Positions 38,223-49,310 of a stretch of DNA of 64,000 nucleotides are shown piece after piece (positions within the stretch are counted from its first letter, which is position 1; each line of letters begins with the position of its first letter). The stretch is from Candidatus Kaiserbacteria bacterium. Lineage in GTDB: Bacteria > Patescibacteriota > Minisyncoccia > Phycocordibacterales > UBA2100. The position numbers were made by a program, and so were the translations under genes. A model generated the notes under the pieces. The model did not search any database. It was not told the origin of the DNA and saw only the letters and a program-made list of their open reading frames with translations. The stretch covers positions 271,656-335,655 of the forward strand of contig JACRFK010000003.1 of assembly GCA_016217925.1 (NCBI GenBank), written 5' to 3'.

Positions 38223-39635
38223 TTAGGTGCGAGTGATAATGATGCGCGGTGCCTCACCCTCTTTCGAGTGCATGACCACCATCGAGTCCATCGTTGATTT
38301 GGCCGTCGGCGCGACCGGAAGATTCTCCAGCGCGTCTATCTGGATTGGGCTCGGCGTCATCGTTTCGAGAGGAGCCTCCTCAACTTTCGTTTCGACAGGC
38401 GCCGGCACCGTGGCTTCGTGCATCGTCACTTTGCGTGAACCGAGCATCGAACCTACGAGGGTCATTGCACCTCCCTTGTAGTAGACGACGAGGTAGGCAC
38501 CGGCTATCGCGAAGGAGATGAGCGAGAGCCAGTAGATAGCGTTGCCGAAGGGTCCTGCATCGAAGCCCGTGTACGGGATCTGCGAGAGCGAGACGTAGGA
38601 GCCCTGGACCGTGACATACGTGCTGCAGGTATTCGTGCCGCCGTAGCCCGAGACCGTGAGTGTGTAGGTCTTGGAGACATTCGGGCGCACCGCGAGCGAG
38701 CCGTTGGTGGATACCACGCCGATGCCATCAGAGAGCCAAGCGCTCGTGGCACCGCTTGAAGACCACGTGAGGTACGCAGCCTGTCCATTCACTATCGAGC
38801 TCGGAGAAGCCGTGATGGTGCAGTACGCGTTGCTGTAGGTCGGGTACGTCGGATAAATCGGATACGTGGGGTACGTCGGGTACACAGGGTAGGTCGGGTA
38901 GACCGGCTGTTGCTGGTAGACGTACTGTATCGGGTACGTGACGCCTGTGTACACGACAGGAGTGACCGGAGCCGAGTTTACGTTCGTGTTGACGTTGTTG
39001 TTATTGTTCGTGTTCACGATGTTAATCGGACCTCCACCCTGTTGCTGTTGCTGCTGTTGCTGTTGCTGAACCGGGCGCTGTTGCTGAGGAGCAGGATAGC
39101 TCGGGTACGAGGGAGCGTAAGAGGTCGACGGAGCGCGGAAGGAGAACGGCATACTCGGAGTAGGTTTGTAGTTCGGCTGCGAGTAGCTCTGAGTGTCGTA
39201 CGAGCGTTCGGAATACGCTACACCATCTTCGTAGATGTAGTCACAATCGCACTCGTTGTCCCACGTAGTACCTTCGTAGTTCCACGTTGGGTTTTCATCC
39301 CACGTAGTACCTTCGTAGTTCCACGTTGGGTTTTCATCCCACGTAGTTCCTTCGTAGTTCCATGTCGGATTTTGATCCCAAGTAGTACCTTCGTAGTTCC
39401 ACGTCGGAGAATCCGCATAACCAAGGTACCCACCGTTGGTGTCACCACCGGCGTCCCAAGTAGTGCCGTCGTAGCTCCATGTCGGCGTGTCACCACCGGA
39501 GTCCCACGTAGTGCCTTCGTAGTTCCACTCCTGTGCGAAGGCAGACGTAGGGATTGCGGCAAATGCGCCAAAAGCGAGCACCGCCACAGCCAGAAAAAAG
39601 ACAGAAACTGAACTTACTTTTGATGCATTTGTCAT
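38223..39635 (-). CDS. Secreted/surface repetitive protein (signal peptide; PTWNYEGTTWD repeats; polyQ/polyN; YPTYP repeats; Ig-like domain; C-terminal TM)
   Basis: Signal peptide MTNASKVSSVSVFFLAVAVLAFGAFAAIPTSAFA. 39-nt DNA tandem repeats at 39240-39480. IPYTG (LPXTG-like) precedes the C-terminal TM helix. Confidence 0.6.
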   Translation of the reverse strand: MTNASKVSSVSVFFLAVAVLAFGAFAAIPTSAFAQEWNYEGTTWDSGGDTPTWSYDGTTWDAGGDTNGGYLGYADSPTWNYEGTTWDQNPTWNYEGTTWDENPTWNYEGTTWDENPTWNYEGTTWDNECDCDYIYEDGVAYSERSYDTQSYSQPNYKPTPSMPFSFRAPSTSYAPSYPSYPAPQQQRPVQQQQQQQQQQGGGPINIVNTNNNNNVNTNVNSAPVTPVVYTGVTYPIQYVYQQQPVYPTYPVYPTYPTYPIYPTYPTYSNAYCTITASPSSIVNGQAAYLTWSSSGATSAWLSDGIGVVSTNGSLAVRPNVSKTYTLTVSGYGGTNTCSTYVTVQGSYVSLSQIPYTGFDAGPFGNAIYWLSLISFAIAGAYLVVYYKGGAMTLVGSMLGSRKVTMHEATVPAPVETKVEEAPLETMTPSPIQIDALENLPVAPTAKSTMDSMVVMHSKEGEAPRIIITRT

Positions 39636-39881
39636 AATTTTATGATTTCCTAAAAACCCTGATTTATAAAGCTATTAAACCGATAATTTGTTAAGCTGGG
39701 GTATTATATCAGGTGTATCAGCATTGTCAAGTCCCCTCTTAGAGGCAGCTGTCGGGTGCGGACGGCGGCAAAAAAGCCGAACGTCCGCACCCCTTGTTCC
39801 CTCGCGGCAGGTCATCGAGACCGGCTCGCAGCCTTTCTCGGAAGCGGTACGACGCTGCCATCGAGACGCCTCATGGGGACG

Positions 39882-40214
39882 TCACAGTTGAAGTGCACAG
39901 GCGTGACGCCCGGGGGCCATGGCGCTTCGCGACGACGTGGCTTGTGCGGTTCCACCCAGCCCGTCCGCTCGGACCCATTTACCGACGGACAATGCATCGT
40001 CTTGAACAGCCGGTTGACGGGGCACCAGTTTGCCGGGAGGAAAGCCCCGCACCGTCAAGACGTTCCCAAAGGCGCCGCATACTTTGACGACACCCTGAGC
40101 GTCCGTGACAGGCACAGCGTCCCCAAGCGGGCAACGTCCTGCTGCTGAGGCAGGAGTCTGAAAGATCATCATTCCCGCCATCAGCGACGGCAGGACTAGG
40201 AAACGAATACGCAT
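39882..40214 (-). CDS. Small secreted hypothetical protein
   Basis: N-terminal signal-like MRIRFLVLPSLMAGMMIFQTPASA. Confidence 0.3.
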   Translation of the reverse strand: MRIRFLVLPSLMAGMMIFQTPASAAGRCPLGDAVPVTDAQGVVKVCGAFGNVLTVRGFPPGKLVPRQPAVQDDALSVGKWVRADGLGGTAQATSSRSAMAPGRHACALQL

Positions 40215-40420
40215 GATTCAGCTCCTTGCGCAGTTCCTCGGCGGTCTCTTTAGACCTTGACCGACTTGCTATATAGCATAAACCATGGTGAAAGTATAGT
40301 GAATGTTTATAAAAAGAAAAGAGGGCGCCCGGGGGCACCCTCTCTTTTAGTTCGACAGCCATTGAGCCATCGGTTTGAAGCGTTAAGCTACGCTTCGGAG
40401 CAACCCAACCGCCAGGAAAG

Positions 40421-41074
40421 TCAGGTCTTCTTCGGCGGGCAGGTGTACCAGTCCCAGCCTTTGAGACCAGGCACCGTCGGGTGACTGACGCGCACCTTGA
40501 CCCGCTTGCCTTCGTTCCCGCGGCATTCCTGAGCATGCAGGACGTGGGCGTGGGTGTCCTCTTTCTTTGCCGAAAGCGGAATGACCTCGACCTGGATGGC
40601 CTGGGCCTTGGCGGGAGCCGCCGGCTGATCGGTAGCCGCCGGAGTCTTCGCCACATCCTTGATTGCGGCGATCATGCGATCGTTCTCGGCCTTGGCTGAT
40701 TTCTGCGCCTCGGCCATGATGCGGTTGTTCTCGGCCTGCACCACAGTCATGTCGATGGTCGGCTGGCGTGTCACCACGATTGCCGTAATCAAGACTATTG
40801 CGGCAACGGCGGCACCCGCCCACATCGGCCACGTGCGAGTCTTCGCCGGCGGAGCTGGCCTCGCCATGACCACCGGGCGACGGAGAGCCGCCGCGGTAGG
40901 CGCAGCCGCTGTGGCACCCAAGGTCCCAGTGGCTGGGTCGTAGACGTGCCAGGCACCGGTTGTGGCTTGCGCCACGATTTGGCCCCTCGCGTTTCTGTAC
41001 GTATTGATCATCGTGTCCTCCTCTCGAGGATTTGACTCGGTTGAAGTGAAAGAGCGCGTCCCACCATGAGACAA
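40421..41074 (-). CDS. Membrane-anchored hypothetical protein; start probably internal (MINTYRNARG)
   Basis: Single TM helix (WPMWAGAAVAAIVLITAIVV) followed by a coiled-coil-like region. Confidence 0.35.
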   Translation of the reverse strand: MSHGGTRSFTSTESNPREEDTMINTYRNARGQIVAQATTGAWHVYDPATGTLGATAAAPTAAALRRPVVMARPAPPAKTRTWPMWAGAAVAAIVLITAIVVTRQPTIDMTVVQAENNRIMAEAQKSAKAENDRMIAAIKDVAKTPAATDQPAAPAKAQAIQVEVIPLSAKKEDTHAHVLHAQECRGNEGKRVKVRVSHPTVPGLKGWDWYTCPPKKT

Positions 41075-41151
41075 CGCTCAGGTAGCTGACTTATCGATAT
41101 TATATCACCTGTTGCATGATTGTCAAGCCTATTATACGGCTTAACAAAAGG

Positions 41152-41709
41152 TTATTTTGCGAATGAGATGGCGCGGCCTACCTCGACGGCATGGCCGACT
41201 TCTACCGCGTGCCCGACGTTGACGGCATGGCCGACGCTCTTAGCGCGCCCCACGGATACCGCGTGACCAACGGATACGGCGTGGCCGACATTTACCGCAT
41301 GCCCTACCGAGACCGCATGGCCGGTGGGAACGAGCGCAAAGAGTTTACCGGGTCCAAAGAGGTCTACGGCGTGTGCGATGTCTACGATGTGCCCGACTTC
41401 TACGGGATGCGCGACGTTAACGGGGTGCGCGACGTTAACTCCATAACCGACGCCGATGGGATAACCGACATTCACACCATGACCAACGTTTACCCCATGC
41501 CCTACATTCACACCATAGCCGACACCTATGGGATAGCCGGTAGACGCACCGTATCCGGGCGACGTGGGATATCCAGCATCCGTCGGGTATCCCAAGGGAA
41601 CCGCCACGCCATACGTTTCTATTTCAGGCGGATCGGTGATGGCGGCGTATGAAAGCGGCGCCAAGCCGACGCAAATAATTATGGCGAGTGTTACAAGCCC
41701 TTTTTTCAT
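41152..41709 (-). CDS. Secreted histidine-rich hexapeptide-repeat protein
   Basis: Signal peptide, then (V/A)GHAVN-type repeats ~20 times (VGHAVNVGHAVSVGHAV...), i.e. 18-nt DNA tandem repeats. Confidence 0.55.
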   Translation of the reverse strand: MKKGLVTLAIIICVGLAPLSYAAITDPPEIETYGVAVPLGYPTDAGYPTSPGYGASTGYPIGVGYGVNVGHGVNVGHGVNVGYPIGVGYGVNVAHPVNVAHPVEVGHIVDIAHAVDLFGPGKLFALVPTGHAVSVGHAVNVGHAVSVGHAVSVGRAKSVGHAVNVGHAVEVGHAVEVGRAISFAK

Positions 41710-42389
41710 AGAATATTTGTGCTCGCGATGCCGACGTACTCGGCCTCGACGATGAAGCGCGCGCTCTTGCCGGTGAGTATGTCGCAGGTCGTGAGCGTGA
41801 GCTTCGTACCCTGTGCTGCCGAGAGGTCAATGACGGTCTCATTCACATCTACCGAGCGCACGGAAGTGACCGAGTAGAGATACTCAACGCCACCGCCTTC
41901 GACCGAAATTGAATCGCCCGGCTTCAACTCCGAAATGCGGTTGAACACCTTGTACATCGGATTGCGGACGACCTTGTAGGTGGACGAGTGCCCGAATATA
42001 AGCATGTTGCCCGGCACTCCGAGCTTTGCCGAATCCACGTAGCGTGTGGGACTTTTGAGTATGGCGGCGGCGAGGCTGTCGAGGTCACGCGTACCAGGGT
42101 TTTGGATAACCGCATCGAGACCTATCGCGGCACTCTTGATGCGCTCCGGAAGAATGCCTTGCGGTGCCGCGGGGGATTCTCCTGTCGTTTTGTATAGTTC
42201 ACTCAGTTGCGGAAGGTCCGAGAGCGCGACCGTCTCGCTCGTCGACTTTTTCTCTGGAGGCATGCCATCGATATAGGACGGAACGAAGCCGATCGAATCA
42301 GCGGCGCTCACGGTGGAGAAGAAAATCACAACAACCGCGGCAAAAAAGACGCGTTTGGGTGGCTTGTTACTCTGAACTTGTGTATTCAT
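41706..42389 (-). CDS. Sortase family transpeptidase
   Basis: TLxTC catalytic motif (LTLTTCD), conserved His (LIFGHSS), N-terminal membrane anchor. Confidence 0.6.
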   Translation of the reverse strand: MNTQVQSNKPPKRVFFAAVVVIFFSTVSAADSIGFVPSYIDGMPPEKKSTSETVALSDLPQLSELYKTTGESPAAPQGILPERIKSAAIGLDAVIQNPGTRDLDSLAAAILKSPTRYVDSAKLGVPGNMLIFGHSSTYKVVRNPMYKVFNRISELKPGDSISVEGGGVEYLYSVTSVRSVDVNETVIDLSAAQGTKLTLTTCDILTGKSARFIVEAEYVGIASTNIL

Positions 42390-42495
42390 AGGGATTCCTG
42401 ACGGTCGGCATAGTACACTATAAACGCCCCTTTGTCAAATGCCTCGTCTTCACCGCCTCTTGACAAATCGCGCGATATATGTAAAGATATCGCCC

Positions 42496-43197
42496 ATGAC
42501 GGATGTAAAGACCACAAAAACAACCGAAACGGAGCACGTCACCACGACGCATACCCACGGGGAGCCGAAGGAAAGTTTGATATCAAATACGCTTGGCATC
42601 GTTGGTTTTATTATTGTCGTTGCGATCGTCTTGTGGGGGCTTCTCCACATCGCGTCCTTGGGCCAGCCGTGGCTCTCTTCCCTTTTTGACACTGTCTCGA
42701 GCAAAGTAAATGCACCCGCCAAGGTCGAATCCCGCCCTTTGGGTACCCTGGTGATGAAGCCACTTGCCACGACGACTCCTGTAGCGCCGGCAAGGTCGCC
42801 AGTCGTCGGCCCGACCGACCTCAGCGTGCAAATACTCTCCGTTGAACCCGATGGCGCAGGCGGCGGCGTTGCGACGTTCGACATCGGCAACGAGGGACAA
42901 AGCTCGACCGGTGCGTACTCGTTCACCGCGCAATTGCCGACCGCCGATGGATATCTCTACAATTCGCCCGTACAAAGTTCCCTTGCTCCGGGAGACCACA
43001 TAGTCAACACCCTGCGCTTCTCCTCGGCGATCTCCGGTGTCTTCAGTGTCGTCGTCGACACTTCGAAAAACGAGTCGAATACGAGCAACAACTACGCATC
43101 CCGCCAAGTCTCGATGCCGTACGTCAACTACAACTATAATTACAATCCGCAGCCGTATCCGCAGTATCAGTACGGTCAGTATCAGTACGGCTTCTAA
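42496..43197 (+). CDS. Membrane-anchored protein with CARDB-like beta domain and Tyr/Gln-rich C-terminus
   Basis: TM helix LGIVGFIIVVAIVLWGLL; VQILSVEPDGAGGGVATFDIGNEG...; tail NYNYNYNPQPYPQYQYGQYQYGF. Confidence 0.45.
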   Translation: MTDVKTTKTTETEHVTTTHTHGEPKESLISNTLGIVGFIIVVAIVLWGLLHIASLGQPWLSSLFDTVSSKVNAPAKVESRPLGTLVMKPLATTTPVAPARSPVVGPTDLSVQILSVEPDGAGGGVATFDIGNEGQSSTGAYSFTAQLPTADGYLYNSPVQSSLAPGDHIVNTLRFSSAISGVFSVVVDTSKNESNTSNNYASRQVSMPYVNYNYNYNPQPYPQYQYGQYQYGF

Positions 43198-43241
43198 CGC
43201 GAACGAAGAAAACCGCCGCGTTTGACGCGGCGGTTTTGGTT

Positions 43242-45350
43242 TTAAATGTCCAACGTTGCCTCTTTGGCGTGACTCTGGATGAACGATTTGCGCGCGGGGA
43301 CGTCGGTACCCATGAGCATGTCGAATACCATGTCGGCCTCTTGCGCGTCTTCGATGCTCACCTGCAAAAGGATGCGCCGAGCCGGGTCCATCGTGGTCTC
43401 CCACAATTCTTCGGAGTTCATTTCCCCCAGACCTTTGTAGCGTTGCACGGATACTTTCGCGACCTTCCCGACGCTCCGACCTTCGTCGGAGGTCGGGACC
43501 CCGGCATCGACTTCGTCGAGCGTCGGGGCTTCGAGCGGCACATCCTTACCGACGAGCTTTATGCGTTCATCGTCGGAGTAGGCGTAATGTATCTCCTTGC
43601 CCTTGCGTACCTTGAAAAGCGGTGGCTGCGCGATGTAGAGGAATCCGCCGTCCACAACGGGCCGGAAGTGGCGGAAAAAGAGCGTCAGCAAGAGCGTGCG
43701 GATGTGTGCGCCATCCACGTCGGCATCGGTCGCGATGATTATTTTGTGATAGCGCAACTTGGTGACGTCGAAGATGTCGCCTATCGCGGTGCCAAGTGCG
43801 ACCACGAGATTACGTATCTGCTCTGATGCGAGCATTTTGTCTATGCGGGCGCGTTCGATGTTGAGAATCTTCCCGCGTAATGGAAGCACCGCTTGGATGC
43901 GGCGGTCGCGACCCATTTTGGCGGTACCGCCAGCTGAATCCCCCTCGACGATGAAAAGCTCGGACTCTGAAGCGTCTTTGGTCTGGCAATCGGCGAGCTT
44001 GCCCGGGAGCGTCATGCCGTCCAAGGCACCTTTGCGCATGATGCTGTCTTTGGCGGCTTTTGCGGCTTTACGCGCTTTCATCGCGAGCGTGATCTTCCCG
44101 AATATCGCACGTGCCTCCTCCGGATGCTCTTCGAGGAATGTACTGAATGCTTCTCCGAAAACAGTCTCGACAGCGCCGCGCGCCTCAACGCTCCCTAGCT
44201 TGCCCTTGGTCTGGCCTTCGAACTGGATCTCGCGTAATTTCACCGATACTACGGCGGTCAAGCCTTCGAGCGCATCGTCACCGGTAAAGCTGTCGCTTTC
44301 TTTTCCTCCGGAAGAGGATCCGCCTTTGGCGGAGCCGTTTCCATTATGAGAGTTCAGCGTGCGCGTGAGCGCGGTCTTGAATCCGGTGATGTGCGTGCCA
44401 CCTTCGGCGTTGTAAATATTGTTTGCAAATGCGGAGATGCGCGAGGTTATGTCGTCCACGTACTGTAATGCGACTTCAACGTGCACGCCGTCTTGCTCTT
44501 TCTCTACATAAAAGACGGTCTTGTGGATGGTCTCGAGGTGATGATTTTGGAACGAGACGAGACTACGCAAACCGCCCTCGAAGTAAAACGTAACGGACGG
44601 CGCATCTAGCCCCTTTGTGCCGGAGGCACCGACCGGTAAGTCGCGCAGATAAAATACTTCTTCGTCGTCTACTTTCTCCACTTTGCGCAGATCGAGTATC
44701 GAGATGCGGAGTCCTTTGACCAAGTACGCCTGTTGGCGCATGTGGGAAACGATGGTATCCCAGTTCAATTCTCTGTCCGGAAATATGGAAGGGTCTGATT
44801 CGAAGGTAATGATGGTGCCGTGCAGTTTTGAAGTACCTATTTTTTTGGTCTTGCCGACCGGTTTTCCGCCATTTTTATACTCTTGAATATACTGACCGCC
44901 GTCGCGATGCACTTCCGCGCGAAGGCGCGTTGATAGAGCGTTGACCACAGAGACTCCCACGCCGTGCAAACCGCCAGAGACTTTGTACCCCTCGCCGCCG
45001 AATTTTCCTCCGGCGTGAAGCATCGTCATCACTGTCTCGAGCGTCGAAACCTTAGTCTTCGGATGTATCTCTACCGGAATGCCGCGGCCGTTGTCGGCGA
45101 CGCGTATGCGATTGTCCGGAAGAAGTGCGACCTCCACATCATTGGCGAAGTCGCCCATCGCTTCGTCGCGTGAGTTGTCGAACACTTCCCAGACGAGGTG
45201 ATGGAGGCCTGCGGTACCCGTGGTACCGATGTACATGCCCGGACGGCGGCGCACGGCTTCCAACCCCTCAAGAACGGTAATGTCAGAGGCTCCATAGGAG
45301 CCTGTTTTTGCCGCCTTTTCCGGGGCCTTTTTTGCCTTCTTTTCAGCCAT
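43242..45350 (-). CDS. gyrB: DNA gyrase subunit B with in-frame mini-element
   Basis: GHKL ATPase (LHHLVWEVFDNSRDEAM, GGLHGVGVSVVNALS), TOPRIM (IVEGDSAGG). Insertion SAKGGSSSGGKESD at 44300-44337. Confidence 0.9.
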   Translation of the reverse strand: MAEKKAKKAPEKAAKTGSYGASDITVLEGLEAVRRRPGMYIGTTGTAGLHHLVWEVFDNSRDEAMGDFANDVEVALLPDNRIRVADNGRGIPVEIHPKTKVSTLETVMTMLHAGGKFGGEGYKVSGGLHGVGVSVVNALSTRLRAEVHRDGGQYIQEYKNGGKPVGKTKKIGTSKLHGTIITFESDPSIFPDRELNWDTIVSHMRQQAYLVKGLRISILDLRKVEKVDDEEVFYLRDLPVGASGTKGLDAPSVTFYFEGGLRSLVSFQNHHLETIHKTVFYVEKEQDGVHVEVALQYVDDITSRISAFANNIYNAEGGTHITGFKTALTRTLNSHNGNGSAKGGSSSGGKESDSFTGDDALEGLTAVVSVKLREIQFEGQTKGKLGSVEARGAVETVFGEAFSTFLEEHPEEARAIFGKITLAMKARKAAKAAKDSIMRKGALDGMTLPGKLADCQTKDASESELFIVEGDSAGGTAKMGRDRRIQAVLPLRGKILNIERARIDKMLASEQIRNLVVALGTAIGDIFDVTKLRYHKIIIATDADVDGAHIRTLLLTLFFRHFRPVVDGGFLYIAQPPLFKVRKGKEIHYAYSDDERIKLVGKDVPLEAPTLDEVDAGVPTSDEGRSVGKVAKVSVQRYKGLGEMNSEELWETTMDPARRILLQVSIEDAQEADMVFDMLMGTDVPARKSFIQSHAKEATLDI
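44300..44337 (+). repeat. Family A mini-element copy in gyrB (variant)
   Basis: cttttcctccggaagaggatccgcctttggcggagccg. Confidence 0.7.
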
Positions 45351-45436
45351 ATTTAGTCCTTCCAGTGTATCAAAAAACAGCCCCTTTGCATAGCCCCAAA
45401 AGGTGGGTATAGTGTGCCGCGGGACACAGCACCGAG

Positions 45437-45808
45437 TTGCTGCAAAAGGAGCCGAAAATGGGGCGTATCATCTTCGCCTTGCTATTCGCGACCTTTGCAG
45501 CTTGTGCTGTTTTGGTCGCTAAAAACACTGAGCACGGGCGCGGACTCGACGAGATATTCGAGGTTTTCTCGATACTTCCCCCGGAAAAGGGGGGTTATGC
45601 GCTTAGCCTCTACGACCACGACCGGCGGATTACGCACGTCTTGTCGGTCGAAGACCTTGGTATCAGCGTTGACGACCTGAGAAAGATCAGCGTCGGTTCC
45701 AAAATCCCCTGTTGGCACGCGTGGGAAAGGAATCTGCTGACGTTGTTCAAGGTCCGGACATTCCTGCAATGCCGCGTGCCGCCGCAAAAGAGAAAAGACG
45801 CCGGGTGA
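45437..45808 (+). CDS. Hypothetical protein with N-terminal signal/TM
   Basis: ORF; MGRIIFALLFATFAACAVLVA. Confidence 0.3.
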   Translation: MLQKEPKMGRIIFALLFATFAACAVLVAKNTEHGRGLDEIFEVFSILPPEKGGYALSLYDHDRRITHVLSVEDLGISVDDLRKISVGSKIPCWHAWERNLLTLFKVRTFLQCRVPPQKRKDAG

Positions 45809-45831
45809 AGTAGCTCGGCGTTTTCTAATTG

Positions 45832-47631
45832 TTATCGCACCTCCCACCCCTTACCTTTCACCGCAGCGTACACTTTTTCCATCACCACATTCACTTCCGT
45901 ATCGGTAAGTGTCTTTTCGAAAGACTGAAATACGAGACGGAATGCGAGCGATAACTTGCCGCCCTTTTTAAACTCATCGAATTTCTCGCTTCGCGTCAAT
46001 AACTCCCCTGCTTCCGCACGAATGACCGAGAGAACATCTTTAGGTTTGGTTTCTGCAGGAACCCACATCGCGATATCGCGGACGATGAACGGATATTTCG
46101 AGAACGGCTGGTAGCGTTCGGTGGTCGAAAGAGGCAAGTCGTCGTAGGCGGAAGCGGCGGCGGCTTCAAGCGGTTCTTCCGAGACCGTACCTCCCTCCTC
46201 TACCGTACCGACCATCGTCATTTCTTTTTTATTATTCCACACACTGCCAATCTCGAACAACTTTACTTTGTAAAGTTGTAGCAGGTCTTTGTTGCGGATA
46301 TTTTTCTCAAGCGCACTTCCTAGACCATCGGTCAGATTGGCGCGAAGGTACGGGCGCACGCCATCTACTTTGTTGGCGACAAGACGTTCGCCCTTGTCCG
46401 CAAAGACCGACGTAAAGACCTCTGAGTATCCTTTCGAAGTGAGTTCGGCGCGTGCACGCTCACTCGCGTAGAAATTGGCGTTCACCTCGGGCTTTTGGGG
46501 AAATGCGGAAAGTTCCGTGGCCGGTATTTTGTCGTATCCTACGATGCGCGCTACTTCTTCTATCAAATCTTCGGGAATTACGAGGTCGAGCCGTTCAAAT
46601 GGCGGAGTGACGGTAAACATACAATGAGATGACATCTCATTGTATTGGTATGGCAGGTCGAGGCGCTTGAATGCATCCGCGACATCCGATTCCGCAAGCT
46701 TCGTACCGAGCACAGTGTTGATTTTCTTGAGCGAAACGGAAACCGTCCATTTTTTCTGCGGAGCCGGGTATTCGTCGACATACCCCGCGACTTCCCCGCC
46801 CGCAAGCTTCACAATCAGGTCGGCAGCCGCTTTCAGGCCGTACACGGTAAGCTCGGGCGAGATGACTTGCTGGAAGCGGTCTGAGGCGTCGGTGCGTAAT
46901 TTCAGGGCTTGCGATGTCTTTCGGATAGTGACACCGTCCCAGTTCGCGGCTTCGAGCACGATAGCAGTGGTAACTTCATCTATGCCGGTCGGCTTCCCTC
47001 CTTTGATGCCAGCGATACTTACAGCCTCACCCGTATTGCCGTCGGCAATGACAAGCATTGAGGACGCGAGCGCGTACTCCTTGTCATCAAGCCCAAGCAT
47101 CTTTTCCTCATTTTTTGCCATGCGCACATCAAGTGCACGTACCCCCTCTTTCTCGGTGAGCTTTGCCGCATCGAACGCGTGCAGCGGCTGGCCGATGTTG
47201 AACATCACATAATTTGTCGCATCCACGATGTTGTTGATACTTTTCTGACCGATACTTTCGAGCGCGGTGCGCAGCCACTCGGGCGAGTCCCCGACTTTGA
47301 CTCCCGTAATGTATGCGGCGGTAAAACGCGGGCAAAGCTGCGGATTCTCTATCATGACTTTCAACGAGTCGGTTTTTGGCTCAAGGGAGACATCAGTAAT
47401 GCCATACGGATGCGGTACAAGTGGAAGGTTCAAAATCGCCGACAACTCTTTTGCTATCCCCCGGTATGAGAGGCAATCATGTCCGCGATTCGGCGTAACC
47501 TTCACGTCGAGAACTTCGCCCTCGACGATTTCTATCTCGAATGCATGAAATGTAAGCGCATCAGCCAGCTCCTGCGCTGCCGGTAGAGGTTTCTCAAAAT
47601 ATGCCTGAAGCCATTCGCGGGAGATTTTCAT
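45832..47631 (-). CDS. pheT: Phenylalanyl-tRNA synthetase beta subunit (short form)
   Basis: B3/B4 and B5 domains, C-terminal anticodon-binding-like domain. Operon with pheS. Confidence 0.85.
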   Translation of the reverse strand: MKISREWLQAYFEKPLPAAQELADALTFHAFEIEIVEGEVLDVKVTPNRGHDCLSYRGIAKELSAILNLPLVPHPYGITDVSLEPKTDSLKVMIENPQLCPRFTAAYITGVKVGDSPEWLRTALESIGQKSINNIVDATNYVMFNIGQPLHAFDAAKLTEKEGVRALDVRMAKNEEKMLGLDDKEYALASSMLVIADGNTGEAVSIAGIKGGKPTGIDEVTTAIVLEAANWDGVTIRKTSQALKLRTDASDRFQQVISPELTVYGLKAAADLIVKLAGGEVAGYVDEYPAPQKKWTVSVSLKKINTVLGTKLAESDVADAFKRLDLPYQYNEMSSHCMFTVTPPFERLDLVIPEDLIEEVARIVGYDKIPATELSAFPQKPEVNANFYASERARAELTSKGYSEVFTSVFADKGERLVANKVDGVRPYLRANLTDGLGSALEKNIRNKDLLQLYKVKLFEIGSVWNNKKEMTMVGTVEEGGTVSEEPLEAAAASAYDDLPLSTTERYQPFSKYPFIVRDIAMWVPAETKPKDVLSVIRAEAGELLTRSEKFDEFKKGGKLSLAFRLVFQSFEKTLTDTEVNVVMEKVYAAVKGKGWEVR

Positions 47632-47634
47632 ACA

Positions 47635-48380
<746 letters not shown>

Positions 48381-48381
<1 letters not shown>

Positions 48382-49244
48382 TAGAGCTCCGTTATCTCGT
48401 AGAGCGCGGTGCCGTCTTTCACGATAAGGTGCCCCGCCACAATGCGGAAATCCGCTCCGCGCACCGGATAGAGCGGCACGGTGAGCGGTTCGGGGCGGAC
48501 GTCGATCTCGGCGAGAAATACGCCGCCCTCTTTGGTCGTGTAGACGACGCCGCCCGCGAAGAATTCCGCACGGGTCGCGTGTTGTTTACCATCCTCGACC
48601 GGGATTACTGCACTACAGAAAGACGGCCGGCTGCAGTAGCGGCTCGGCGGCATCGTCCCCGCGTCCGTCCAGAGTACGAGGACATCGCCGTCCTCGACCG
48701 TGAGCACCTCACTCGACGGGTTATGCGGTACTACGTTTTGGGTAGATGTGGCCTTCGAGGGTAGAAATGCGGTACGGTAGGATTCGTACGTCGCGTGCGT
48801 GATGGTCGTGGTGGAGAGCGGAGCTTTTGCACTATCCACGAGCAGCACCGACGTTATCTCTTTCGGCACCAAGAACGACTGCGCATCCGTCACGAGTTCT
48901 TGTTCGACGACGAGCGTCCTGTGCCACGGAAGATCTCCTTCCCGCGTCACCAATATCTGGTATTTACCCGGCGTGAGATCATCGACGTAAAAATTGTGAC
49001 GTAGAAAACCGGAAGTACCGACGTCCTTACCGTTGACAGAGACCGTGCCTCCGCTCTCTGAGACCGAGATAATGAGGCCCCCGGTGCGCACGAACCCCGC
49101 CCCGCTCTTGAATCGGTATCCATTGGCATACAGCATCACCAAGGGGAGACATAGGACGAACACTGCTATAAGCCCGTAAAGATAAAAGCGGCGCTTCGTT
49201 TTCGAGAGTGGCTGCATTTGAACTAGGGTATAGCCATTAGCCAT
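48381..49244 (-). CDS. Membrane-anchored hypothetical protein (PEGA-like beta domain)
   Basis: N-terminal TM; GKYQILVTREGDLPWHRTLVV. Confidence 0.35.
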
Positions 49245-49310
49245 TAGTGTCTAGGGGAGAATCAAAGAAACTGAAAAATTCTTATTTCTCTATTGGCTAC
49301 TTCCTAGTGG

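Noticed and set aside
39979-40656. 225-aa minus-strand ORF overlapping 40421..41074 and 39882..40214
   Set aside because: The Arg/Pro-rich translation overlaps two more plausible ORFs with signal or TM features, so it is likely spurious.
41191-41652. Possible CRISPR-like array suggested by 18-nt tandem periodicity
   Set aside because: The periodicity is a coding hexapeptide repeat (VGHAVN) in a secreted protein with a signal peptide. There are no spacers of distinct sequence and no cas genes.
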